DNA from: Ylistrum balloti
Taxonomy: Eukaryota
Direction: 5' to 3'
Length of the DNA: 64,000 bases
NCBI RefSeq assembly: GCF_031769215.1
Contig: NW_026782299.1
Coordinates: 2,418,001-2,482,000, forward strand
The notes under the pieces are model-generated. The model was not told the origin of the DNA. It worked only from the letters and a program-made list of their open reading frames with translations, and did not search any database. Below are positions 54,102 to 64,000 of the stretch, piece after piece (position 1 is the stretch's first letter; each line of letters begins with the position of its first letter). Both the position numbers and the translations under genes were made by a program.

Positions 54102-55682
54102 TTAGCATGTACAGTACTGTAGCCTTTTGATTATTTGATCTCTGTATACAGCCCAAATGATATTGTTGTCGTCGATATCGATAGCTGTTGGCCGATATTT
54201 GCTTGTATAAACAACCTTCATTGAAATACCTCTGATATCAAGAAAAAGGATGCCATTCTGATGCAAGTCAGCGATGACAATATTCCCTGCGCTGTCAAAA
54301 GCCAGATCACGTGGGTAAAATGGCTTTCTGTTGTGTTGTTGCCCTTCAAGCGTGGCCCCAGAACAACAGAACAGCTGTTCCAGGTCTTCATTCAGCAATA
54401 ATAGTTTTCCACCTGATACGTCACCAGTTTTGTCGACTTGGATTTCTGCCACTGCCACATTATGCGTTACACGACATTCACGAATTCTTCGCGTGGTACC
54501 AAATGTCGACTTTCTTGATTTGAACTGGTCTGAGGTGAGGACAACTTTACCATCGAAAGAGAACTTCATTACACATTCTGTGGTTCCGACGAGGACATGG
54601 TTGCCAATGGTTGTCACACATAAGCACTCGGGTTTCGCCTCTGTATGGAACCTAACTTTGAAGGAATCGGCTGTATACTCCATGATACTTTTGTTCTTTC
54701 CATCCGCTGCCCAAATATGGTTTGTATCTCGTGCGATACTTATATCTGTGATACACGTATCAACGTTTATCTTCTTTTTATTCTTGAATGCCGTGTCCAA
54801 CACTTGTAATTTAGACTTCGACCCGGAAGAATAACATAGGTATGCCTCATTAGGTTGGCTGCAACGTATATGATTGGCTATAAATCCTAGAGAGTCTTCT
54901 TCTAAAACCTTGACTTCAGGTAGAAGTTCGAGCGTAACGGACAGATTTGCACCTCTCGTCTCCGACGTAGTTTTGCCTGACATGGCCACTGTCTGGTCAG
55001 TGTCAACAGATGGCAGATGTCCTGATTGACCTGAAGCTGATCGCCTACCAAACGCCTGCTCAAGGAATCCACGGAAAGATTTTGCTGGGTCAAATATCGC
55101 AGTACGTAGAATAGGCTTGCCTGAGAGTAAAGGTTGTCTGGCAAACTCCTTGATTTTGTCTCGTGAGTCAAAAAAAGTTATATCAGAAGCTTTCTGTAGA
55201 AGTCGTTTACACTCTTGTAATCGCTTGCGTAATTCCGTGTGTCCGTTGTCCAGTTCACATTGATAGGCAGTCAGCAACCGGGCATTCTCTTCTTTGATTC
55301 GCTGGTAGAACGCCATTGATTCCACTGTCATCACATCAATATCTTGTTTCAGTCTATCAGCTTGCTTCTTTGTTTCTGCGGCAAGGTTATCGAAACACTC
55401 GGCATTTTTCTTCAGTTCATCAACGATACTTTGGATGTTTTTCTGGCTTTGAGGAAGCTTGTTTCGTTCCGTGTCCTCTACAATCCTCCGTATTTCCTCT
55501 TTTATTCCAACAGTGACATCACTAAGGTCACGCATATTGTGACCTTTATGAACGGAGGTTATACACTTGGAACACACCACGTCCTCACATTCCTCACAGA
55601 AAAATTCCAGTGTTTTACCTGTATGGTGAACACACGTGCTCTGTTCCTCTTGACGCACTGCGATCTGCCCTGATTTAGCCAT
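54102..55682 (-). CDS. TRIM-like protein lacking a RING: B-box type 2, coiled coil, C-terminal NHL/6-bladed beta-propeller (bivalve TRIM2/3/71-like expanded family); single-exon CDS, 526 aa
   Basis: Uninterrupted 526-aa ORF. N-terminal B-box CVHH-x8-CEEC-x4-CSKC-x4-HKGH; heptad-rich helical segment ~aa 55-165; C-terminal repeats such as ITDISIARDTNHIWAAD, PECLCVTTIGNHVLVG, FYPRDLAFDSAGNIVIAD and PTAIDIDDNNIIWA are typical of NHL-like blades. Candidate AATAAA on the minus strand at 53786-53791. No orthology-level symbol can be assigned. Confidence 0.9.
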   Translation of the reverse strand: MAKSGQIAVRQEEQSTCVHHTGKTLEFFCEECEDVVCSKCITSVHKGHNMRDLSDVTVGIKEEIRRIVEDTERNKLPQSQKNIQSIVDELKKNAECFDNLAAETKKQADRLKQDIDVMTVESMAFYQRIKEENARLLTAYQCELDNGHTELRKRLQECKRLLQKASDITFFDSRDKIKEFARQPLLSGKPILRTAIFDPAKSFRGFLEQAFGRRSASGQSGHLPSVDTDQTVAMSGKTTSETRGANLSVTLELLPEVKVLEEDSLGFIANHIRCSQPNEAYLCYSSGSKSKLQVLDTAFKNKKKINVDTCITDISIARDTNHIWAADGKNKSIMEYTADSFKVRFHTEAKPECLCVTTIGNHVLVGTTECVMKFSFDGKVVLTSDQFKSRKSTFGTTRRIRECRVTHNVAVAEIQVDKTGDVSGGKLLLLNEDLEQLFCCSGATLEGQQHNRKPFYPRDLAFDSAGNIVIADLHQNGILFLDIRGISMKVVYTSKYRPTAIDIDDNNIIWAVYRDQIIKRLQYCTC

Positions 55683-56127
55683 TGTAGGATTGCTTTATTC
55701 CAACAACTGCGTTCAGAAATATAAATCTCAATTGTCGTCTCCACTTACCATGATGTCATGCTAAAGAAAGAATGACAAAAAGGATAAAAACTTTCAACAA
55801 TATACCAATATAGTTTGTTATTGACCCCTAAGTCTTATTTTATGTTGCTTTAGTCGAAAATTAAAAAAAATATTCAAGAGGAAGATTCGACAAAGGTTAT
55901 TTGTATTTACACACGTTAGAGATAATTTCGTAGTGTTATTGATATATTTCACTTCTATATAAGAATTTTATTTAATTTGAATTTGGCAAAATGTCATTTC
56001 CTTATTAAAGTAAATAAAATTTCTCTGCAGAAATATCAACAATTGAGAGATATCATACTCTGCCTAGAGAACTTACTTCCCATTTTTAAGCATTGGTTTG
56101 GCAATCAATTCTCATGTGTATTTTAGC

Positions 56128-56360
56128 TATAAAATGATAATGGTGTTTTCAATATCCCTACTGTGAATGTTCCATTTCTGGACAGCAATATCCCTGCATC
56201 ATCATCCTATGGTGTTTAAATCATGTACATGTCTCAGTGGATTCGATGTTTAAGGGTATGTTCTCAATATCACGATTTTCTGCAAGGTGTCGGTAACTGC
56301 CAGCATGCTCACAGCACATAATTTCTAGATGCAGGTTAATGTAAATTATGAAAAATCTTT
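56128..56360 (+). pseudogene. Decayed Penelope-like (Naiad/Chlamys-type) reverse transcriptase C-terminal fragment
   Basis: Translates as ...VFNIPTVNVPFLDSNIPASSSYGV*IMYMSQWIRCLRVCSQYHDFL, which matches the PLE thumb-region pattern DDFNFPIVNFPFLSSNIP.SPAYGVYISQLIRYARACS.Y.DF. It has an in-frame stop and a small insertion. Confidence 0.7.
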
Positions 56361-56361
56361 C

Positions 56362-57127
56362 TTTTTTTCAAATTTGCCCCTGTTTTATCGAATTTGAGTT
56401 TGAATTACCTACCAACAGCCATGTAGTGGTGTGTACTCTATTTTTTTTCATATTTGCCCCAGTTTAATCGAATTTGAGTTTGAATTACCTACCAACAGCC
56501 ATGTAGTGGTATGTACTATATGTATTTTTTTCATATTTGCCCCAGTTTAATCGAATTTGAGTTTGAATTACCTACCAACAGCCATGTAGTGGTATGTACT
56601 ATATGTATTTTTTTTTCATATTTGCCCCAGTTTAATCGAATTTGAGTTTGAATTACCTACCAACAGCCATGTAGTGGTATGTACTATATATTTTTTTTCA
56701 TATTTGCCCCAGTTTAATCAAATTTGAGTTTGAATTACCTACCAACAGCCATGTAGTGGTATGTACTATATATTTTTTTTCATATTTGCCCCAGTTTCAT
56801 CGAATTTGAGTTTGAATTACCTACCAACAGCCATGTAGTGGTATGTACTATATATTTTTTTTCATATTTGCCCCAGTTTCATCGAATTACCTACCAACAG
56901 CCATGTAGTGGTATGTACTATATATTTTTTTCATATTTGTCCCAGTTTCATCGAATTACCTACCAACAGCCATGTAGTGGTATGTACTATATATTTTTTT
57001 CATATTTGCCCCAGTTTCATCGAATTACCTACCAACAGCCATGTAGTGGTATGTACTATATATTTTTTTTCATATTTGCCCCAGTTTCATCGAATTACCT
57101 ACCAACAGCCATGTAGTGGTATGTACT
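56362..57127. repeat. Minisatellite of ~10 units: about six ~78-84 bp units, then about four ~67 bp units (CATATTTGCCCCAGTTTCATCGAA[TTTGAGTTTGAA]TTACCTACCAACAGCCATGTAGTGGTATGTACTATATATTTTTTT)
   Basis: Visible tandem units; the TTTGAGTTTGAA module is absent from the 3' units. Confidence 0.95.
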
Positions 57128-57845
57128 AAATGTAAGATACTTCTAATCAATAAACATCTGATCAGGAAAAGAAGATAATCGTGCAATATTCCTGGTTAAT
57201 GTTTCTTATTTGTAATCCTTATTCTGAGTCTTTTAATATGTACAAAAGATCAGTTCAGAATTTAAGGTAGGATTGTTCAGTATGCACAATATAGATTGAT
57301 CTGTATAGGGTTGTTAACTGATTATGTTTAAACGGACACACTACTGTATAGAAAATATACACTAATTACACTAAACACTAATTATAACAATTCTTAAGTA
57401 ACACCAGTTTATCAAAATATTTTCTTCATAAATTATATACTCGATCGTGGTAAATAATCTATCTTTAACTTCAACATATCTATAACACAAGATGCTGTTA
57501 TTTGAAACAATACCAAATAGTGTCGCGGATTAAAGTACGTAAACTTATCAGATATATGATTTCAAGGCATATATCTGTCACTAAGACTCCAAAACCTAAA
57601 TTAGTATTTAACTGATCAGATTTTAAAACACATCGCCTGTCAAGTTGTACATTCATCAATGCATCAAAATCGGTGCAGTATAGAGTTTGTTACCGTCATA
57701 ACATCATTTGGTAACATGGATAGGCACAGGAAATACAAAACTGTATGACATTGAAAAATAAATCAGAAAAATCTATATCTGTACAATAGTATTTCACTTA
57801 ATCCAGCTTTTTTGTAAAATAACGTTATGTGCTCTTGCGCAAAGG

Positions 57846-57935
57846 CATTGCTTGTTACGTCATTTGTTTATGAGAGAAACGTCATAAGAAAACGTCGTAA
57901 TACTCCCACGTAAACAAATGACGTAAAAATCAATA
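57846..57935. other. Inverted repeat: 16-bp perfect core with imperfect extension to ~25 bp and a 40-nt spacer; likely MITE/DNA-transposon internal structure
   Basis: TTACGTCATTTGTTTA (57855-57870) and TAAACAAATGACGTAA (57911-57926) are exact reverse complements. Confidence 0.6.
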
Positions 57936-58791
57936 CGTTCTCACAATAGCAGATAACTGACAAAATTAATTAGTGTTTCAGCTATTTACAAAACACTATT
58001 TCATGATATTTCTTAATACTTACAGTTATAAGACTTATTCTCATAATACAAAAACACAGTCTGCCCCAGTTTGTCCCCCAGTGTCTTCGTGTAGACCGAC
58101 AACTGGACTATAGATTGTGAGTTCTGTCAAGTCTTTATTAGAACACTACTGAAATCTGTGTGTTAAATCAACTTTTATCAGAAATATATGGCATCCTTAA
58201 TCCTTCTTTATTTGTTTTAATCAAGATCCTTCCCCTATCTTTTGACGATTTGTCAGCTTGGCATTTCGTCAAATATTCTCTACAGATATTGCCAAACCGA
58301 ACCCACAGTCTATTTTCCCTGCCTAAGAGTCAATTCAATTGCGTACAGATGTTACTTAACTTTTTTTTCTCAGAAATTATTTCTGTAATGGCAGATTGTT
58401 CATCTCGATTGACAATAAAGAAGCTAACTATACGGTTTGTACAATAGAGCTGTTTAGACAAATATTCAGAAATTACGTAAGAATAAATACGACTACCTAA
58501 AGTTAGTGTAAATACCCAGTATTTGAAAAAAGGACATTCTGAAGTGACTTTTAATTCTTCTACACGTGCTATATACTTCTTACAATTAATGTTACAGTAT
58601 CCGGGATCAGAAGTGTAGGAAAATAAATTATCGATCATTATTACGAATACTTTTATTTTCTTTTTGCGAAGTAAAAGAATTTTAGTACAATATTTTATGT
58701 TGCATGTAAGACATTAGCTGATTTTGTTGTTTACAAAATTGTAATCTACTTGGTTACTTTATGCAAAACTAGTTGTCTCTCTCGTAATTAT

Positions 58792-58793
<2 letters not shown>

Positions 58794-58844
<51 letters not shown>
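58794..58844. repeat. (TA)n microsatellite, ~25 units
   Basis: Directly visible. Confidence 0.99.
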
Positions 58845-58846
<2 letters not shown>

Positions 58847-59039
58847 ATGCATAAAACTGCATTACATTATTTCACACACAGTGATAACTTTGCCCGCAAA
58901 AGTAATGTTTTGCTCAAAAAGGAATACAAATATAACAGTTGAATTATTCAACAAAGAGTTTTTATACACATTTGAAATATTTAAGTGACATTTTTTTTCC
59001 AGAAAGTTGCCTCAACTGTCAAAAAGGTTATAGACTTGA

Positions 59040-61121
59040 TACAAGATCATGACGATTGTTCCTGTATTATTTGGAGAGTTGGATGTAGATATAACAGAGT
59101 GTGAAATATTAAGTGCAATTAGAAAATTAAATAATAAGGCATGTGAATTTTTAATCAATTGTAAATCCGTGCTAATGCCTTGCTTTATCAGTTTATTCAA
59201 CAGTATACTTAAATATGGACATTTTCCAGAAAGTTGGTCAAAAGGTTATATTGTTCCTGTATTAAAAAAGGGGGATGCTAATGATGTAAATAATTATAGG
59301 GGAATTACTATTGTCAGTTGTCTGGGGAAACTATTTAAGTCTATAATTAATAATAGGCTGGTGACGTTTGACTTAAAATATAGTAAAATTACCGATGCTC
59401 AATTTGGCTTCAAGCAGAATCACTCCACTGTTGACGCTATTTTTGCATTACAATCAATAATTAATCGTACTTTGAGAAATAAGAAAAGATTGTACTGCTG
59501 CTTTGTAGATTATGCTAAAGCGTTTGATTTCGTTAATCGTCAGAATCTTTGGTATAAATTAATAAAGGAAGGCATTGATGGAAAATTATTAAAGTTAATA
59601 AGATCGTTGTATAGTAGAGTTAAATGTTGTGTGAAGCATAATGGCTCATTATCTAATTACTTTGATTGTGAAAACGGATTGTTCCAAGGGGAAATCTTAT
59701 CACCTATATTGTTTCCTCTTTATGTAAATGATTGCGAAATGCATTTTTTAACTGACAACTGTCCTTCCATTGAAATACAGACCTTAAATTTATTTCTATT
59801 AATGTATGCAGATGACATGGTGATATTTTCGGAGACGCCGAATTGGTTACAAGAAATGCTTAATTCTTTAAATACGTATACAAGAAAATGGGATGTAACT
59901 GTTAATACAAGTAAAACAAAAATCATGGTTTTTAGAAATGGTGGCATTCTGAGAAATGACGAGATTTGGAACTATGACGGTTGTCAATTAGAAATTGTAA
60001 ATGAATTTACCTATTTGGGTCTGTTAATTAATTACAATGGAACTTTTAGAAAAACACAACAAAAAATTGCAGAGCAAGGACGCAAAGCTTTATTTGCAGT
60101 TACAGAAGTATGTCGTAAAAATTATTTTAATATTGAAACCCAATTGTCCGTCTTTGATGCATACGTTAATAGTATTTTGAGTTATGGGTCAGAAATATGG
60201 GGTTTTCATAAGGCACCTGATGTTGAAAAAATTCACATGATGTTTTGTAAAAGACTTTTAGGTTTGCGGAAAAATACTTGTAATAATATGGTTTATTTGG
60301 AACTTGGTAGGTTCCCACTGATGGTATCTAGAAAATTGCGTATAATTAAGTACTGGATGAAATTGAAAAAGACCGAAAATTGTATATTGAAATCATGCTA
60401 CGATGATATGTTGGAGAAGAAAGACAAATGGGTTTTAAATATTAAAAATGAGCTGTATCATCTAGGTTTAGGTTATATTTGGGAGTCAGAAAACAATACA
60501 GATGTTCATTATAATATAATCAGAGAAAGAATGTTTGATATGTTTAGACAAGATTGTAAAGAAAAAATCAGAACTTCCTCGAAAGGACAAATTTATACTC
60601 ATCTTTATCATGATAATGATTTACAAAGCTATCTGAAAAAATCAATACCTAGGGAATTGTTGAGAGAAATTACAAAAATAAGACTATCTTCTCATAATCT
60701 AAAAGTAGAAAAAGGCCGATATCAAAATATATCAAGAAATTTAAGAATATGTTCTAATTGTGATTTGAATGATATCGAAGACGAATTCCATTTTATATTG
60801 AAATGTCCCTGTTATTCGAACCTCAGAAGAAAATTTTTGAAAAGATACTATTATAAAAAACCTAGTATGTTTAAATTGATAGAATTCTTAAATGCAAACA
60901 ATACAAAAGAAATAACAAACTTGTCTAAATATATCAAGGCAGCTTACATTTTAAGAGAAAACCGCAATTGATAGCCTAGTTTACTCTCTCCGGGTTTGTG
61001 TTGTTTCTGTGTTTTTTGTATATTGTTATATGTTTGTAAATCGTCTATGTGTTGTTTGCTTTAACCAATGAGTCACACGACTCAAGGTAATAAAGAACTT
61101 GTAACTTGTAAATTGATTGAA
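59040..61121 (+). mobile_element. 5'-truncated non-LTR retrotransposon (LINE; RTE-X/CR1-L2-like group, clade tentative)
   Basis: Contains the RT ORF below, a ~115-nt 3' UTR, AATAAA at 61089-61094 and then a short tandem tail (ACTTGTA ACTTGTA AATTGATTGA). No APE endonuclease domain or ORF1 upstream. No clear TSD found. Confidence 0.88.
59049..60971 (+). CDS. LINE ORF2 remnant: reverse transcriptase plus C-terminal CCHC-type zinc finger (N-terminally truncated; the listed ATG is probably not native)
   Basis: RT motifs NYRGITIVSCLGKLF, QFGFKQNHST, FVDYAKAFD, GLFQGEILSPILF, YADD, FTYLG; C-terminal EKGRY-x8-CSNC-x5-EDEFHFILKCPCY. 640 codons with no stop. Confidence 0.9.
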   Translation: MTIVPVLFGELDVDITECEILSAIRKLNNKACEFLINCKSVLMPCFISLFNSILKYGHFPESWSKGYIVPVLKKGDANDVNNYRGITIVSCLGKLFKSIINNRLVTFDLKYSKITDAQFGFKQNHSTVDAIFALQSIINRTLRNKKRLYCCFVDYAKAFDFVNRQNLWYKLIKEGIDGKLLKLIRSLYSRVKCCVKHNGSLSNYFDCENGLFQGEILSPILFPLYVNDCEMHFLTDNCPSIEIQTLNLFLLMYADDMVIFSETPNWLQEMLNSLNTYTRKWDVTVNTSKTKIMVFRNGGILRNDEIWNYDGCQLEIVNEFTYLGLLINYNGTFRKTQQKIAEQGRKALFAVTEVCRKNYFNIETQLSVFDAYVNSILSYGSEIWGFHKAPDVEKIHMMFCKRLLGLRKNTCNNMVYLELGRFPLMVSRKLRIIKYWMKLKKTENCILKSCYDDMLEKKDKWVLNIKNELYHLGLGYIWESENNTDVHYNIIRERMFDMFRQDCKEKIRTSSKGQIYTHLYHDNDLQSYLKKSIPRELLREITKIRLSSHNLKVEKGRYQNISRNLRICSNCDLNDIEDEFHFILKCPCYSNLRRKFLKRYYYKKPSMFKLIEFLNANNTKEITNLSKYIKAAYILRENRN

Positions 61122-61744
61122 TTCCCAATCTCAGGACATACCAAAACACCGTTGGACTACAGTTGCCACAGGTAGCATGTGACTAATTCCTAGATTTATG
61201 AAGCACATACCACGGCGAATGAAACTTTCCTGAGTTTTTTTTTTGTTTTTGTTTTTGTTTTTTATCTCTCAAATCATTGTTTTATTTTGCTTCTTCTAGA
61301 TTTTCTAATATAACACAACGTGCACTTAAAATATAATCGAACGGATAGTTAAACACCGTTGAAGTTTTATTTCCAGTTAATATTATTTTTTTTATGATAT
61401 GCAAAGGTTTTTTTCATCCAAAAGTTACGTTTCTGTGGGTGTTAACAAATGTTTACCTAGGTGATGAAGCGTCTCAACGCCGCGGTGTTTAGCAGTGTGT
61501 TTCATTTAGATGTTAGTTGTCTTACAATGCTTCATTGTATTATTTACTTTACATCTATAACAGGGTCATGTTGACTAAATAGAAGCAAATATAAATCTTT
61601 TTTTTTTTTTTTTGTTGATAAAGAAAGAGTCGTCTTCTTGCTGGTAATAATACATGCATAATGAATTATTTTTCACAACGTACATTGAGAACGGATGTTT
61701 GTGTCTTGTGTCTGACCGAATCTTACTGAAGATGGTATGATTTC

Positions 61745-61860
61745 GCCAGGATTCTTGATCACTGAACAGCTCACCTGATATTGGTCATATAAGAGGGCCT
61801 TGCTCAAGCAATCTCCGAAAGGAGGCGCTGGTAGTACGGCCGTCATAACATCGATCCTTG
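61745..61860 (+). pseudogene. Possible highly decayed PLE RT fragment (region downstream of the YGVYISQL motif)
   Basis: Fragments SYKRALLKQSPK and YGRH lie in neighbouring frames and resemble GY...RLK.SLRKFYGRH. Weak. Confidence 0.3.
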
Positions 61861-64000
61861 CCCCAGACTATCAGTGTGATATATTGTTTCTGATACAAGA
61901 TTTTTAAAGTGAATGATGTTTCCTTCCAGTTCATCAATATTACTTTGAATGTCTCTCTTAAATTATGGAAATCTGCTTCTTTCTGTATCGTCTACAACGC
62001 TGTGAATTTCCTCCGTTATCTAACCATTAAAATCGAAGACATGGTGACTTATATGACCACAGGTTAATCATTTTTGTTCAAACCACATCATCATATTCCT
62101 GTGCTTTACCTCTGTAGAGAACAAAAGTTCCCGTGTCTCTCTGGTTAGATGGGATATGTCATGATGCTGTCGATACCGCATGGCTCTCTTCTAAAGACAT
62201 ATTATAGAAGAAAAATTGGATTTCTGTTTTTACTTGTCTCACTTTTATTCTGAAACAAAGGAAATTTATGTTAAATACTCGTTTACGAATAAGTTAAAAA
62301 TTCACACATAAAAAGCACTATAAAAGATTTGAATCGAAAATTCACAAATGCCATTTGTTTTTAAATTTGCAATTCATTGTAATATTAAACGATGAAACAA
62401 AGAACACTTTTCGTCTTGTATATTTGGACCAATAAAAAAAACCCGATACAAAATTATGCAAAATTGAATATGTAATAACAGAATATTTAACAGTGTTTCC
62501 GGTAACAAAAATTGTATTTGATTCACTTTTCCGATTAGGTACCTTCACTCAGGCTACACACTCATGAGAAATACCAAAATATGAGCGACTTTGAAAAAGT
62601 ATGTGTGTTACTACTGAAAACACCGTGAGATTGGCTTTTAAACCTTATGTAACTTAGTTTTAGAACAATTTAAGGTGAAAGTTCCACGATACTCATAGTA
62701 ATACGTACTCACCACCACTAGGTTGTACCACTTCAGCTTACCCGGTTGTTATTTCATGTTGACTTTGTACCTCTGTTTGCCGATTTATTTACCTGAATTT
62801 GTCTATACATCACACAAAGGTGAATTATTCCATTAATCAGAATTCAGATTTAACGTATTGTATAATTTACACCGAAAGTAATATTCTGAATGTTTGTTAT
62901 CTGTTGGCTGGTTTCCGCTCGAACTATCCGACTTACAGACCCGCCTTTCGTTTCTCCACTTATACTCTTACCGAGATGTAGGATGTATACAAATTTAACC
63001 TACCACTGTGGTCCCAAGCAACACATCATATCCAGGTGTTTTGAAAAAGGACTTTTTGGTAGATGAACAGTATGTATTCACACCAGCTTTCCTTCAATTA
63101 ACAAAGACACGCATCACCTGGGAAGCTTGCACAATTAATCACATGTACGCTGTATGCTGGTACCTAGGCTAGTATATAGCTGTTTATTTCGGTTAGTGAG
63201 TGGCTTTACCTCCACAAAACAGGTAATGTCCAACAGACATTGTACATATATCGACCAAAATAATACAGGGCTCATCAAATAAATTTGAGTTTTAAATGAC
63301 AGAGATTCACACCAATAAGATCTGTGTGTTTCTATTTATATATATTTCATTCGGTAGACACATATGGAGCATACTAATATTTAGCTTGGACGGGCGCGAT
63401 GTGCGGAAATGGGCCTTATTTAAAGAAACGCTGTATAATGAGTGATAGAAGATTTTTATTTTATCTATATAAAGTACTTCCATGAGCTGGAAGAGGGTTT
63501 GAAGATTTTAAAGGTGTGTTTCTTTTAAAGGTACAGATAAACAGAGAATACACGATCAGTGTTTTAGAATACAGCATATATCTTAAAGACACTGCCCACG
63601 GTATGTATTCTATTTTTCCTGCAACACCGATTGAAAATCAAGACTGTTGAAACAAACTGATTTGTTGTTCAATCTGTGTTTACTTGACATTGACGCTACG
63701 CTGAATTTTGCCTGATGACAGACGCCAAAATAATTGCTCCACTCGGAAATATAGTTCCAAAACTCCATCGGATATTAACAGCGATTTTATGAGTTTTCAT
63801 TAATCATTTGGTTCATTATAACATGTAAAATCGCTTATTTCAACAACTTTTTATATTTCTAAACGTAATATTTAAGTAAATTCAGAGAATAATTCTGTTG
63901 ATTACCGCACGCGCTAAATACAACTGTTTTCCATCACTGTCGAATACAGCAAAAATATATATGGCAGGCGGATTCTGACAACGGCAGTGCCAGTTGTAGG

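Noticed and set aside
54311-55744. Five short ORFs overlapping the TRIM gene
   Set aside because: Antisense or alternate-frame shadows of the genuine CDS.
58160-58638. Overlapping 95- and 102-aa ORFs upstream of the LINE (possible endonuclease or ORF1 remnant)
   Set aside because: No APE motifs; the longer ORF is antisense to the LINE and is separated from it by a (TA)n tract.
61461-61560. GTGATGA C-box-like motif (snoRNA?)
   Set aside because: No downstream CTGA D box or terminal stem within the expected range.
63580-64000. TTAA-AG start suggesting a Kolobok/piggyBac-type MITE running off the window
   Set aside because: Only one putative terminus is visible; the matching end and TSD cannot be confirmed.

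Overview
AT-rich eukaryotic genomic DNA, most consistent with a bivalve mollusc. A scallop-like source is my inference from the TRIM subfamily style, the retroelement remnants and the very high minisatellite load. It is not prokaryotic: I see no operons, CRISPR or rRNA. About 19-20 kb (~30%) is tandem repeat, in at least 10 distinct minisatellite arrays with units of 15-80 bp; the largest is a 6.7 kb 15-bp array. Only two long ORFs are credible. (1) An intronless, RING-less TRIM-like gene (B-box, coiled coil, NHL-type beta-propeller; 526 aa, minus strand, 54102-55682). (2) A 5'-truncated non-LTR retrotransposon with an uninterrupted RT-to-zinc-finger ORF (59049-60971) and an AATAAA plus short-repeat tail. 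The rest holds decayed Penelope-like (Naiad-type) fragments, tRNA-derived SINE heads, MITE-like inverted repeats and some strong but unassembled splice signals. Nearly all other listed ORFs are repeat-phase or chance ORFs. I cannot support a new biological system here. The best leads are the splice architecture just upstream of the TRIM gene, the odd mosaic 5' junction of the LINE (possibly an assembly artefact), a 58-bp TIR/TSD micro-element, and the structure of the arrays.
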